A stretch of 64,000 bases of DNA from Phycisphaeraceae bacterium. Lineage in GTDB: Bacteria > Planctomycetota > Phycisphaerae > Phycisphaerales > Phycisphaeraceae. The notes under the pieces were generated by a model that worked only from the letters and a program-made list of their open reading frames with translations, was not told where the DNA came from and searched no databases. The stretch covers positions 125,647-189,646 of the forward strand of contig CBDCYN010000013.1 in the NCBI GenBank assembly GCA_965224205.1. The letters run 5' to 3'. Position numbers and translations under genes: made by a program. Shown here piece by piece: positions 10,384 through 19,960 of the stretch (positions within the stretch are counted from its first letter, which is position 1; each line of letters opens with the position of its first letter).

Positions 10384-10411
10384 TTGGCAGCGTCAAGGGC
10401 CGATTTAAAAT
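10384..10411 (+). promoter_or_regulatory. Candidate sigma70-type promoter for infA (TTGGCA-N16-TAAAAT)
   Basis: TTGGCA at 10384-10389, a 16-nt spacer, then TAAAAT at 10406-10411. The infA ATG is at 10432. Confidence 0.35.
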
Positions 10412-10431
10412 GCTGAGTTCTCAAGAATACA

Positions 10432-10647
10432 ATGCCTAAAGAAGAAAAAATACAGGTCGAAGGCGAGGTGATCGACGCGTTGCCGAACGCGATGTTCCGT
10501 GTCCGGTTAGAGAACGATCACGAGATCTGCGCAACGATCTCGGGCAAGATGCGGATGCACTATATCCGTGTCCTTCCCGGCGACCGGGTGACGGTCGATA
10601 TCAGCCCTTATGACCTAACCAAAGGACGGATCACGTTTCGTCATTAA
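10432..10647 (+). CDS. infA: Translation initiation factor IF-1
   Basis: 71 aa: [71 protein letters not shown]. Confidence 0.95.
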   Translation: MPKEEKIQVEGEVIDALPNAMFRVRLENDHEICATISGKMRMHYIRVLPGDRVTVDISPYDLTKGRITFRH

Positions 10648-10703
10648 CCTACCCGTAAGTCTAGAACTTGGGATGAGCCTCATCTCAACAAGAGAGATCG
10701 ATT

Positions 10704-10817
10704 ATGAAAGTCCGAAGCAGCGTCAAGCGGATCTGCGAAAACTGTAAGATCATACGTCGCAAAGGGGTTGTTCGCGTCATTTGCACAAACCCTAAGCACA
10801 AGCAAAGACAGGGTTAA
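10704..10817 (+). CDS. rpmJ: 50S ribosomal protein bL36 (not in supplied ORF track, 37 aa)
   Basis: Manual translation gives [37 protein letters not shown] with a TAA stop. It has the CxxC...C...H zinc ribbon and the canonical infA-rpmJ-rpsM position. Confidence 0.9.
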   Translation: MKVRSSVKRICENCKIIRRKGVVRVICTNPKHKQRQG

Positions 10818-10998
10818 CGATAAAATCAAGTCGTCAGCTCGCCGTTTTTTTCGCCCCCCTATGTGCAAAGCGACCTACTTTTGAGTAGATTATGGGCCTT
10901 GAATGAAGGCACGAAGAAACGGCAGGTGGTTGCACCCGTTTGTTGTCTCTAACAGGCCGTTCGATCGAATTCTGTGATGACCCTAAGGTTGTGAAATT

Positions 10999-11382
10999 AT
11001 GCCACGTATTTCAGGTGTCGATATCCCCGACAACAAACCGATCCGTATTGCCCTCCGTTATATCTATGGGATAGGCCCCGTCAACGCGGAGCTGGTCCTT
11101 CAAGAAGCAGAGATCGATGGCACCGTCCGTGCCAATCAATTGACGGAAGATCAGCTGGCGAGCATCGCCACGATTATTGACAACACTTATATCGTCGAAG
11201 GGGCGCTGCGTCGCTCCGTGACACAGAACATCAGTCGGTTGCGGGATATCCGAAGCTACCGGGGGGAGCGTCACCGCCGGGGCCTGCCGGTACGGGGCCA
11301 GCGTACCCGCACCAACGCCCGCACCCGCAAGGGGCGCAAGAAGACGGTAGCCGGAAAGAAAGGCGTCAAGGGGATAAAGTAA
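10999..11382 (+). CDS. rpsM: 30S ribosomal protein uS13
   Basis: 127 aa starting [26 protein letters not shown]. Confidence 0.95.
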   Translation: MPRISGVDIPDNKPIRIALRYIYGIGPVNAELVLQEAEIDGTVRANQLTEDQLASIATIIDNTYIVEGALRRSVTQNISRLRDIRSYRGERHRRGLPVRGQRTRTNARTRKGRKKTVAGKKGVKGIK

Positions 11383-11470
11383 ACCGGATGTGCCCGTACG
11401 CGCGATCGCAGGCGTGAGCGGGTGGTTAAGTTTTTTTTGACAGCGGGACCGGCCGCGTGTTGGCATCACT

Positions 11471-11848
11471 ATGGCTAAAAAAGCTAAAAAAATCCGTAAG
11501 AACGTCAGCAGGGGGATCGCCTACGTGAAGGCGTCGTTTAACAACACGCAGATCACGATCACCGATCTCAACGGGGAGACCCTTTGCTGGGACTCAGCGG
11601 GAACGGTTGGCTTCAAAGGGTCACGTAAGAGCACCCCGTACGCGGCGACGCTAGCCGCCGAATCCGCGGCGTCCAAGGCCAGGAAGATGGGGATGTACGA
11701 GGTCGAGGTGCGGATCAGGGGTGCCGGATCCGGCAGAGAAAGCGCCGTGACGGCTCTGCAAAGGGCCGGCTTGAGGATCACCGCGGTCGAGGACCACACC
11801 CCGATCCCCCATAACGGGTGTCGCCCGAAAAAGAAACGGCGTGTGTGA
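11471..11848 (+). CDS. rpsK: 30S ribosomal protein uS11
   Basis: 125 aa containing [37 protein letters not shown]...[12 protein letters not shown]. Confidence 0.95.
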   Translation: MAKKAKKIRKNVSRGIAYVKASFNNTQITITDLNGETLCWDSAGTVGFKGSRKSTPYAATLAAESAASKARKMGMYEVEVRIRGAGSGRESAVTALQRAGLRITAVEDHTPIPHNGCRPKKKRRV

Positions 11849-12056
11849 CCCTTCATGTTGGCGGCGACTCGATCTGAATTCTACACACGGGACGTAAAGA
11901 TCATCCACTCCACGCTGCGGTGGCGACCCCGCCAAGCACGGGGCCGCGAGCCCAAGAAACAGGCCGGGCCGGGAACGGGCCAAGCGTGACAAAACCCAGA
12001 TGGATCGAGCGGTCGGGCACAGGACAAATCTGACCTGGTAATAAACCCTGGAGTAT

Positions 12057-13064
12057 ATGACGATGCGTATCCAATGGCGTGGCTTGGAACTCCCCAGCAA
12101 GATCGTTCCAGACCCGGATCTCAACAGCAGCACCTACGGGAAGTTCGTCGTCGAGCCTTTTGAACGCGGGTTCGGGACCACGATCGGCAACAGCATCCGC
12201 CGCGTGCTGCTCTCGAGCCTCGAAGGGGCGGCGGTGACCGCGGTGAAGATCCGTGGCGCCGATCATGAGTTCATGAGCCTCGAGGGCGTGATGGAGGACG
12301 TGACCGACATCGTCCTCAACGTCAAGAACATGATCGTGTCCATGGATTCCGACGAGCCCAAAACCATGAAGCTGCGGGCCGAAGGCCCCGGGCAGGTGAC
12401 CTGCGACCTGATCGAAGCCGACACCTCGATCACCATCCACAACAAAGACCTCGTGTTGGTGACCCTCACCAAAGAGATCGATTTCGACATGGACTTCGTG
12501 GTCAAGAAGGGCCGCGGCTACGTGCCCGCCAGCGAGCAGTACGACGCGACCGAGGACCAAGAAGTGGGGTGGATCCCGATCGACGCGATCTACTCGCCCG
12601 TGACCCGCGTGCGTTACAGCGTCGAGGACACGCGCGTGGGCCAGAAGACCAATTATGACAAGCTCACGCTCGAGGTGTGGACCAACGGCACGGTAACCCC
12701 GGAGATGGCCCTGGTCGAAGCCGCGAAGATCCTGCGTAAGCACCTCAACCCGTTTGTCCAGTACTCCGAGATGGGCCAAGAAACCGCCAGCGAAGCCGCC
12801 GCCGCCGCCGCGGGGGTCGACCGTGAGCTGGTCCGCAAGCTGCAGATGCCGATCGGGTCACTAGAGCTATCGGCGCGGGCCAGCAACTGTCTGGAGATGG
12901 CCAAGATCACCACCGTAGCCGACCTGGTGACCATGAGCGAGAACGATTTGTTAAAGGTCCGCTCCTTCGGCAAGACCTCGTTGCGGGAGGTCAAACGCAA
13001 GCTTACCGACATGAACCTGACGCTAGGCATGGAACTACCCGAAGAGATGCAGGCCAGCGTGTAA
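12057..13064 (+). CDS. rpoA: DNA-directed RNA polymerase alpha subunit
   Basis: 335 aa containing GKFVVEPFERGFGTTIGNSIRRVLLSSLEGAAVT. C-terminal HhH region LELSARASNCLEMAKITTVADLV. Confidence 0.95.
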   Translation: MTMRIQWRGLELPSKIVPDPDLNSSTYGKFVVEPFERGFGTTIGNSIRRVLLSSLEGAAVTAVKIRGADHEFMSLEGVMEDVTDIVLNVKNMIVSMDSDEPKTMKLRAEGPGQVTCDLIEADTSITIHNKDLVLVTLTKEIDFDMDFVVKKGRGYVPASEQYDATEDQEVGWIPIDAIYSPVTRVRYSVEDTRVGQKTNYDKLTLEVWTNGTVTPEMALVEAAKILRKHLNPFVQYSEMGQETASEAAAAAAGVDRELVRKLQMPIGSLELSARASNCLEMAKITTVADLVTMSENDLLKVRSFGKTSLREVKRKLTDMNLTLGMELPEEMQASV

Positions 13065-13117
13065 TTTCCTATGATAGGGCGTCGCCTCGTGATCGAGACG
13101 GCGGCGGAGATTTCATC

Positions 13118-13732
13118 ATGAGGCACCGAATCGCGGGTTTTAAGCTAGGCCGAGACACCGAGCACCGCCGGGCTCTGAGGCGGAACCTGGCGGTGGCCTT
13201 GTTCACCCACGGGCAGATCACGACCACGATCCCCAAAGCCAAGAGCGTCAAACCGTTCGTCGAGAAGCTCATCACCGCCGCCCGCAAGGGGGATCTGGCC
13301 TCGCGGCGACGGGTGATCGCCCAGCTCCAGGACCGCATCATGGTCAAGCACGACGACGACCCCGACGTCGAGCGCAACCGGTACGGCGAGCTGGTCAAAG
13401 GGCCTAAGGTCGTCAAGAAATTATTCGACGAGATCGGCCCCAGCTTCAAGGACCGCCAAGGCGGGTACACCCGGATCATCCGCCTCGGCACCCACCGGGT
13501 CGGCGATGGCAGTGATTTATGCGTCCTGCAACTGGTCGGTCACGAGGAGTCCGGCCCGCAGGTCTCGGGCCAGTATTCGCGTCGCCGCGACAAAGCCAAC
13601 CGCCGCATGGAGATCGCCGCGAAACTGCGCAAGGCGTCATCCGCACCACCCCCGGGTGATACCCCTAAAGAAGCGGCTGCCCCGGCCGGCACCGACGATC
13701 AAGCGGACCCCGACAAAGACGCCAGCGAATAG
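13118..13732 (+). CDS. rplQ: 50S ribosomal protein bL17 with low-complexity C-terminal extension
   Basis: Starts MRHRIAGFKLGRDTEHRRALRRNL, contains TTIPKAKSVKPFVEKLIT and GGYTRIIRLG. Extra tail of about 70-80 aa. Confidence 0.9.
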   Translation: MRHRIAGFKLGRDTEHRRALRRNLAVALFTHGQITTTIPKAKSVKPFVEKLITAARKGDLASRRRVIAQLQDRIMVKHDDDPDVERNRYGELVKGPKVVKKLFDEIGPSFKDRQGGYTRIIRLGTHRVGDGSDLCVLQLVGHEESGPQVSGQYSRRRDKANRRMEIAAKLRKASSAPPPGDTPKEAAAPAGTDDQADPDKDASE

Positions 13733-13799
13733 CCGGTGGTCGAGGCCGGGGCGTGTCCTTTCTGATCACATCACGACACCAGATTCGCTGTGTCTCTAC

Positions 13800-15167
13800 C
13801 TAGACCTGGCGTTGGATGATCAACGCGGTCAAGTCGTCCTGCTGACCCGCGCCGTCCGCGAACGTCTCCAAAGTTCTCATGAGCTCTTCTAACAGCGCCG
13901 CTGCGCCGCTAGCGTGGTGCTCATTGATCACCTGGCCCACCCGGTCTTGGCCAAAGAGCTGGCCGTGGCGGTCAGCTTGTTCATAGACCCCATCGGTTAT
14001 CAGGCCTAATACGTCTCCGGGCTGCATCACGAGGGGGGGAGGCTGATCCCATCGATCGTGATTCACCACACCCAGCGGCGGGCTCGAGGCCATGTGCCAG
14101 CTGCACCGCTGGTCCGCGGCGTGGTAGTGCAGCACCGGTCCTTGCCCAGCGGCGTGGTACTCGACCACGTGTCGTCGGGGGTCTAGCCGGCCCAGGAAAG
14201 CGGTGACGAACCGGTTCGAAGCCAGGTCCTCGATCAGCTGGGCGTTCATCCGGGTCACCAGATCATCCAAACCCGCCCCCAGCCGCAGCCCGATCCGGAA
14301 CATCGCCCGTACCTGCGTCACGCTCAGCGCCGGCCCGATCCCGTGGCCCGTGGCGTCGGCGAGCATGACCATCATGGCCCCTTCCGATCCGTCCGTGGCG
14401 ACCGGGTGGACAAAATCATAGATGTCTCCGCCCGTGCGGTCGGCCGGTCGCCCCAGACAGGCCAGGTCGTAACCCGGGACCACCGGCGGCTGATCGGGCA
14501 ACACGCCCTGTTGGATCTGGCGGGCCAGGTCCAGGTCGCGTTCGAGCTTGAGCTTGACCAGCCGTTCTTCAAGCAGCTGCGCCCGTTGGAGGGCCACCGC
14601 CGCTTGGCTGGCGAGCACCTGGGCGATGTGCTCGTCTTCGCGGCTAAACGAGCGGCGCGACGGGTTGAGCATCTGCAACACCCCCACCAGCCGGCCCTCG
14701 AAGCCGATCAGCGGGATGCTGAGCATGCTGCGGGTGTGGTAGCCGGTCTGCTCGTCGACCCGTCGGCTAAACCGCGGCTCCTCGGCGCAGTCCGCGACGT
14801 TGATGACGTTGCGGGTGCGCGCGCACAACCCGGCGATCCCCTGGTCGATCTCGATACGGATCTCCCCGCTGCTTACGCCCGTACCCACCGAGGAATAGAG
14901 CTGCTGGCGAGACTCATCGAGCAAAAACACCGTGCCACGCTCTGCCAAGAGGACTTGGCGACCCGCTTCGATCACCCGCTCGAGCATCTCGTGCAGGTCG
15001 CACGGCGCGCTGAGCTGGCGCGTCACTTCCATCACCCGTAGCAATGACTGGGCGTCGATCTGCGGGGTCGCGGGTTCGGGCACAGCGTGATCTCCAATCC
15101 AGCTACCCCAGATGATACCTGTTTTGCGTCCCGCCAGGCAGGGCCGAGCATCAAAGGATTTCAGCAT
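13800..15167 (-). CDS. GAF domain - PP2C/SpoIIE-type serine phosphatase (RsbU-like)
   Basis: 455 aa. The N-terminal half is GAF-like. The C-terminal half has GGDIYDF, MVMLADATGHGIGPAL, FVTAF and ITDGV, typical of the SpoIIE/PP2C fold. It starts 3 nt after the mraY stop. Confidence 0.8.
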   Translation of the reverse strand: MLKSFDARPCLAGRKTGIIWGSWIGDHAVPEPATPQIDAQSLLRVMEVTRQLSAPCDLHEMLERVIEAGRQVLLAERGTVFLLDESRQQLYSSVGTGVSSGEIRIEIDQGIAGLCARTRNVINVADCAEEPRFSRRVDEQTGYHTRSMLSIPLIGFEGRLVGVLQMLNPSRRSFSREDEHIAQVLASQAAVALQRAQLLEERLVKLKLERDLDLARQIQQGVLPDQPPVVPGYDLACLGRPADRTGGDIYDFVHPVATDGSEGAMMVMLADATGHGIGPALSVTQVRAMFRIGLRLGAGLDDLVTRMNAQLIEDLASNRFVTAFLGRLDPRRHVVEYHAAGQGPVLHYHAADQRCSWHMASSPPLGVVNHDRWDQPPPLVMQPGDVLGLITDGVYEQADRHGQLFGQDRVGQVINEHHASGAAALLEELMRTLETFADGAGQQDDLTALIIQRQV

Positions 15168-15170
15168 CTT

Positions 15171-16352
15171 CTACCGCAGCTTGATCGTCGCCAAGGCGAT
15201 CGCGGCCAGGACAAAGCTAAGGATCCAGAACCGCACGACGACCTGCCCCTCGGTCCAGCCCGACAAGTGGAAGTGGTGGTGGACCGGCGCGCACTTGAAG
15301 ATCCGTCTGCCCCCGGTGAACTTGAAGTACCCTACCTGGAGGATCACGCTCACCGCCTCGAACACGAACACCCCCCCGATGATGAATAGCAGCGCTTCTT
15401 GACGGATCACCACGGCGATGTACCCGATCACCCCCCCCAGCGGCAACGACCCGGTATCGCCCATGAACACCTGCGCCGGGCTACAGTTGAACCACAGGAA
15501 CCCCACGCAGCTTCCCACGATCGCCCCAGCAGGCACCGCTAGCTCCGAGCTGAGCGGGATGTACGGGATCAACAGCCGCTTGGCGTTCGCCTCGTCGCCG
15601 GCCATCAGGGCCAGGATCATGAACGCGAACCCGACGATGCTCATGATCCCGCTGGCCAGACCGTCCATCCCGTCGGTGAGGTTCACCGCGTTCGACGAAC
15701 CCGCCAGCACCAGGATCGTGACGATCACAAACACCCAAGGCCGCAGCGTGATCAGATTCGGCGACGGCACGTACGAGGACGCCTGAGGATCAAACACCCA
15801 GGTCTTCAAGAACGGCAGGTTAAGGCTAAACGCCATCTGGTAAAGATCATTGGCCATCCCGTGGTGGTGGATGAACAACCCCAAGATCACCGCGAGCCCG
15901 AACTGGAACACCAGTTTTTCCCACAGGAAAAGCCCCTCGCGCGACCCGGGCCGGCGGCGGGCGGAGGTGAGCTTGAGCCAGTCGTCAAACCCCCCGAGAA
16001 AACTCAGCCACAGCAGGCAGGTGATCGCCATCTGGACGTAAAAACTTTTAAGGTCGGCCAGCATCAGCGTCGTGACCAGGATCGCCCCGCTGATGAGGAT
16101 CCCGCCCATGGTGGGGGTGTTCGCCTTGGACTTGGTGATCTGGTTGAGGTCCTTGTGATAGAACTGGGGCTGATCGCCGATCTTGAGCTTGATCAGCCAA
16201 CGGATCGTGCGCGGGCCCATCGTGACTACGATCAAGAACCCCAAGATGATCGACACCACCGCCCGGAAATAGATGAACGTCAGCACGCGCAGGAACCCCA
16301 GGCCATGGGCTTCGAGCCAGTCGATGTTGGGGCCGATCAGGTTAAAGAGCAT
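15171..16352 (-). CDS. mraY: Phospho-N-acetylmuramoyl-pentapeptide transferase
   Basis: 393 aa, polytopic. Contains TPTMGG, NAVNLTDGMDGLA, FMGDTGSLPLGG and APVHHHF. Confidence 0.9.
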   Translation of the reverse strand: MLFNLIGPNIDWLEAHGLGFLRVLTFIYFRAVVSIILGFLIVVTMGPRTIRWLIKLKIGDQPQFYHKDLNQITKSKANTPTMGGILISGAILVTTLMLADLKSFYVQMAITCLLWLSFLGGFDDWLKLTSARRRPGSREGLFLWEKLVFQFGLAVILGLFIHHHGMANDLYQMAFSLNLPFLKTWVFDPQASSYVPSPNLITLRPWVFVIVTILVLAGSSNAVNLTDGMDGLASGIMSIVGFAFMILALMAGDEANAKRLLIPYIPLSSELAVPAGAIVGSCVGFLWFNCSPAQVFMGDTGSLPLGGVIGYIAVVIRQEALLFIIGGVFVFEAVSVILQVGYFKFTGGRRIFKCAPVHHHFHLSGWTEGQVVVRFWILSFVLAAIALATIKLR

Positions 16353-16478
16353 GCTGGAATGATATCTCGAATGATCTTTTCGATGGGGTAGGAAGCAGGG
16401 GCTTGATCAGTCTCAAGCTGGTTGAAAGCTTGAACTGTGGTGTGTGCATATTGAACGAACGGACCGTCGCGTCGAGCG

Positions 16479-17510
16479 TCACACCCGGTCTTTGGGCGAC
16501 ATCGGCCGAGCGACCTTAAACGCCCGGTTGCCCTTGAACTGGCAGATGTGGCCGATGTACTTGCGGCGGTTGCCGACGGTCAGGGTCAGCGGGGCCGAGG
16601 CGGCCTTTTCGGTCAAGATCACGTCGCCGACCTGGAGGTTGACCAGGTCGTGGACCTTGATTGTGGTGTCGGCCAGCACGCTGGTGACCGTGAGCTTGGC
16701 CGCGTCGAGGTGCCCCGCCAGCCGGTGGCGCAGCTGCCGGTCGCCGCGGTTGCGTTTGTACGCCGCCCAGGTCTGGTTGCTGAGCTTCTCGACAATCGGC
16801 TCGATCACGTTGTACGGGACGCACAGGCTCGTGGTCCCCGCCCGGCCGCCCATCTTGATCTCGAACCCGACGACGACCACGACCTCGTTAGGCGGCACGA
16901 TCTGCACCAGCTGGGGGTTGGACTCGAACTCTTCGAGGGAGAATTTCAGCGGGGTGATGTTGGCCCACGCTTCTTCGAGGCTCGACAGGCACCGGTCGAT
17001 GATCTTCTGCACCAGGCGAAGCTCGATGTCGGTCAGGGGGCGCTGAGGGATGAACAGGTCCGCGTTCGACCCGCCCAGCAGCCGGTCGATGATCGGGTAG
17101 ATGATCAGCGGGCTGATCTCCAGGCACAGGTTCCCCTCGAGCTGATCGATCGCCAGGATGTTGAAAGACGTGGGGTTGGGCAGGCCGAGGGTGAACTCGC
17201 TGAACGTCATCTGCTCGATCGACGCGACGCGCACCTCCGTGATCGTGCGCAGGAACCCCGACAGCGCCGCCCCGAAGTTCCGCGCGAACCCCTCGTGGAG
17301 GTTCTCCAACGCCCGCATCTGGTCCTTGCTGACGCGCTCGGGCCGCTTGAAGTCGTAGTCGCGGATCTCGACGTCCTCGGGCCGGTGGCCGGCTCGCCAG
17401 TGGGAGAAGACCTCCTTCGAGGACCTGCCTGACGAAGAATCGTCGACATCCCCCGACTCGACGGCCGCTAATAAAGCATCAACCTCGGATTGATCGAGTA
17501 CGTCGGCCAT
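16479..17510 (-). CDS. fliM: Flagellar motor switch protein FliM
   Basis: N-terminal MADVLDQSEVDALL is a CheY-P binding type motif. Contains IRDYDFKRPERVSKDQMRALENLHEGFARNF. The C-terminal SpoA-like region has LQVGDVILT. An alternative start at 17546 adds 12 aa. Confidence 0.85.
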   Translation of the reverse strand: MADVLDQSEVDALLAAVESGDVDDSSSGRSSKEVFSHWRAGHRPEDVEIRDYDFKRPERVSKDQMRALENLHEGFARNFGAALSGFLRTITEVRVASIEQMTFSEFTLGLPNPTSFNILAIDQLEGNLCLEISPLIIYPIIDRLLGGSNADLFIPQRPLTDIELRLVQKIIDRCLSSLEEAWANITPLKFSLEEFESNPQLVQIVPPNEVVVVVGFEIKMGGRAGTTSLCVPYNVIEPIVEKLSNQTWAAYKRNRGDRQLRHRLAGHLDAAKLTVTSVLADTTIKVHDLVNLQVGDVILTEKAASAPLTLTVGNRRKYIGHICQFKGNRAFKVARPMSPKDRV

Positions 17511-17828
17511 GGTTTTCTCGTGAGGACGACCCGCGAGGTCGGCCATAGGGCTACCGTCGCTCCTAGGTCGCGGATACTCTTATGCTTTCGTTATCGGGTG
17601 ATTGCCATGCGCAGCTTCAGCGCGTGGGAGCCCAGCGTTGGTGTATACGGGGTGGGCAGCCGTAAAATATTGAAAATAAAGGGCCTTAATCTAATCTGGT
17701 CGTGCATTTAGGGACATTCGTTGGCGACCTGATACAACCCTAGCCGAGTTCATACGTAACAAAGGGAAGCCCCAGCGGGTTTGAGATCGGACCAAGCAAG
17801 ACGAGAAGCCAGTTGGGGAGTACACGAA

Positions 17829-19847
17829 ATGAACCTGTTGGAAAATCATACATCCCAACGAGCCGCGATTGTAAGGCAAAGACAGCGGTCTGGTTTATCG
17901 CAAGGCGACCGCTTGCTTACGAGCACGGTTTGTTACGAAAGGTCTAGGTCACACTCGCAGCCGCGACGCCTTCTATGCGCCCTCGCCACCATGACAGTGT
18001 TGGTATGGATCGCGATAGGCGCAGCTCGAATCGTCTCCGCGTCCGGGTCCACAGCTGTCGTTAACGCCGAGGCGGTCTGGTCGAAGCCGGTGGTCCATCC
18101 TGGGGATACCAGCGTCTTGGCCGTTATTGTCGAGATCGATGAGCCGTTCCACATCAACCCTTCACAGGACCAACTCGACGACGATTTTCTGATCCCGACG
18201 CAGCTGGCGATCGGCAATATCCCCGACGGGTTCTCGGCCGGTGCGGTCCAGTACCCGCGAGCGGAGCTGGCGACGGTCGGTCCGGTCGATCAGCCCCGGC
18301 AGGTGGAGGCGTATTCACATCGTGTGGTGCTTTACGTCCCGGTCGCCGTGGACGCAGGCCTCTCGGCAGGGCGGTATGACCTCACGTTCGAGCTGACCTC
18401 CCAGGCTTGCGACCGCACCCAGTGCCTGCCGCCGGTGACCCGACCGATCATCACAGCCTTGGAGGTAGTAACCGGAACGGCACCTCTTGACGACGCGATC
18501 GATACCGATCTTTTCACGGGGTTCGATCGGACGCAGGTTTCTTCAGCGGGTCCATCGGGCACTTCCGGGGCCGGGGATACGGTAGAGTTTGATCTATTTG
18601 GATGGGGTTTTACGCTCCACTCCGGGGCGTGGACCGGGTGGGTGTTGCTGCTGGTAGTGGCCGCGGTGGGGGGGGCGATGCTCAACTTTACGCCGTGCGT
18701 GCTGCCGGTGATCCCGCTAAAGATCCTTAGCTTAAGCCAGGTCACGGGCCACGCGTCGAAGCGGCTGGCGTTGGGTTGGTCGATGTCGGCGGGGGTGGTG
18801 GCGTTCTGGGTCGGGTTAGGGGCGATGATCGCCGGGGTCAGCGGGTTTACCGCCACGAACCAGCTGTTTCAGTACCCGCTTTTCACAGTCGGCGTTGGGG
18901 TGGTGATCGCGGTTATGGCGGTGGGGATGTGCGGGCTGTTTACCGTCCGGCTACCAGGGTTCGTTTACAAGATCAACCCGCGACACGACAGTCTTGCGGG
19001 GTCGTTCGGGTTCGGGGTCATGACCGCGGTGCTGTCGACCCCGTGCACCGCCCCGTTCATGGGTAGCGCCGCGGCGTGGGCGGCGGGCCAGCACCCGGCT
19101 ACGACGCTGACCACCTTTGCGGCGATCGGGGTGGGGATGGGGCTGCCGTATTTCGTGCTTTCGTCGTGGCCGGGGCTGGTCGAGCGGATGCCACGAACCG
19201 GGCCCGGCAGCGAGCTGATCAAGCAGGTGATGGGGCTATTGTTGCTGGCGGCGGCCGCATACTTCATCGGGGTGGGCGTGAGCGGGTGGATCGTCACCCC
19301 CCCGGACCCGCCATCGGTGGCGTACTGGTGGCCGGTGATGGGGTTCATCGCTGCGGCGGGGGGGTGGATGGGTTGGCGAACGGTACGGATGTCACCCTCG
19401 ATGGTGAAGCGGGTGGTATTTGCGGGCCTTGGGTTGTTGATGATCGGCGGCTCGGCGTATGGGGTGGTGCGGCTAACCGATAAGGGCCCGATCGACTGGG
19501 TGTACTACACGCCCCAGCGGTTCGAGGAGGCGCTGGGGGACGGCAAGGTCGTGGTGATGGACTTCACCGCTGAGTGGTGCCTTAATTGCAAGTGGCTCGA
19601 ACACAACGTCCTGAACCAGCCGAGGGTGGTCGAGCTGCTCGACGACGAGGACGTTATCGCGATGAAGGTCGATCTAACTGGGAACAATGAAACGGGCAAC
19701 GGGATGCTCAGGAAAACAGGTCGGCTGACAATCCCGCTGTTGGTCGTGTTTGCGCCGGACGGGGGCGAGGTGTTCAAGAGCGATTTTTACACCGTAGACC
19801 AGGTGGCGGGGGCGATTGAAAGCGTCCGCCGCGAGCCGCGCCCGTGA
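17829..19847 (+). CDS. DsbD-family thiol:disulfide interchange / cytochrome c biogenesis membrane protein with C-terminal thioredoxin domain
   Basis: N-terminal domain has CDRTQC. The TM core has FTPCVLPVIPLK and STPCTAPFMG. The C-terminus has a thioredoxin WCLNC. The start is uncertain: ATG 17829 has a GGGGAG SD, and the alternatives are 17781 (TTG) and 17991. Confidence 0.8.
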   Translation: MNLLENHTSQRAAIVRQRQRSGLSQGDRLLTSTVCYERSRSHSQPRRLLCALATMTVLVWIAIGAARIVSASGSTAVVNAEAVWSKPVVHPGDTSVLAVIVEIDEPFHINPSQDQLDDDFLIPTQLAIGNIPDGFSAGAVQYPRAELATVGPVDQPRQVEAYSHRVVLYVPVAVDAGLSAGRYDLTFELTSQACDRTQCLPPVTRPIITALEVVTGTAPLDDAIDTDLFTGFDRTQVSSAGPSGTSGAGDTVEFDLFGWGFTLHSGAWTGWVLLLVVAAVGGAMLNFTPCVLPVIPLKILSLSQVTGHASKRLALGWSMSAGVVAFWVGLGAMIAGVSGFTATNQLFQYPLFTVGVGVVIAVMAVGMCGLFTVRLPGFVYKINPRHDSLAGSFGFGVMTAVLSTPCTAPFMGSAAAWAAGQHPATTLTTFAAIGVGMGLPYFVLSSWPGLVERMPRTGPGSELIKQVMGLLLLAAAAYFIGVGVSGWIVTPPDPPSVAYWWPVMGFIAAAGGWMGWRTVRMSPSMVKRVVFAGLGLLMIGGSAYGVVRLTDKGPIDWVYYTPQRFEEALGDGKVVVMDFTAEWCLNCKWLEHNVLNQPRVVELLDDEDVIAMKVDLTGNNETGNGMLRKTGRLTIPLLVVFAPDGGEVFKSDFYTVDQVAGAIESVRREPRP

Positions 19848-19893
19848 GGAAGCGGGTTCTTTTTTTGACGCCGCAAGCTGATAAAGAACCCGC
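19845..19893. terminator. 5' arm, loop and truncated 3' arm of a long hairpin downstream of the DsbD-like gene (3' arm completed at 22494-22500 across the IS256 insertion)
   Basis: TGAGGAAGCGGGTTCTTT (19845-19862) is perfectly complementary to AAAGAACCCGC (19883-19893) plus TTCCTCA (22494-22500). That reconstructs an 18-bp stem. A T-run follows the 5' arm. Confidence 0.5.
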
Positions 19894-19960
19894 GATAACG
19901 TCCTGAATCATGCGCACATTTGAAAAGGCAGTTCTCCAGGTGGATGGTGTTGGTGAGTTA

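Noticed and set aside
11849-12056. Possible decayed rpsD between rpsK and rpoA, and likewise adk after secY and rpmD after rpsE
   Set aside because: The gaps are 208, 127 and 41 nt, far too short for these genes. No frame showed S4, Adk or L30-like residues.
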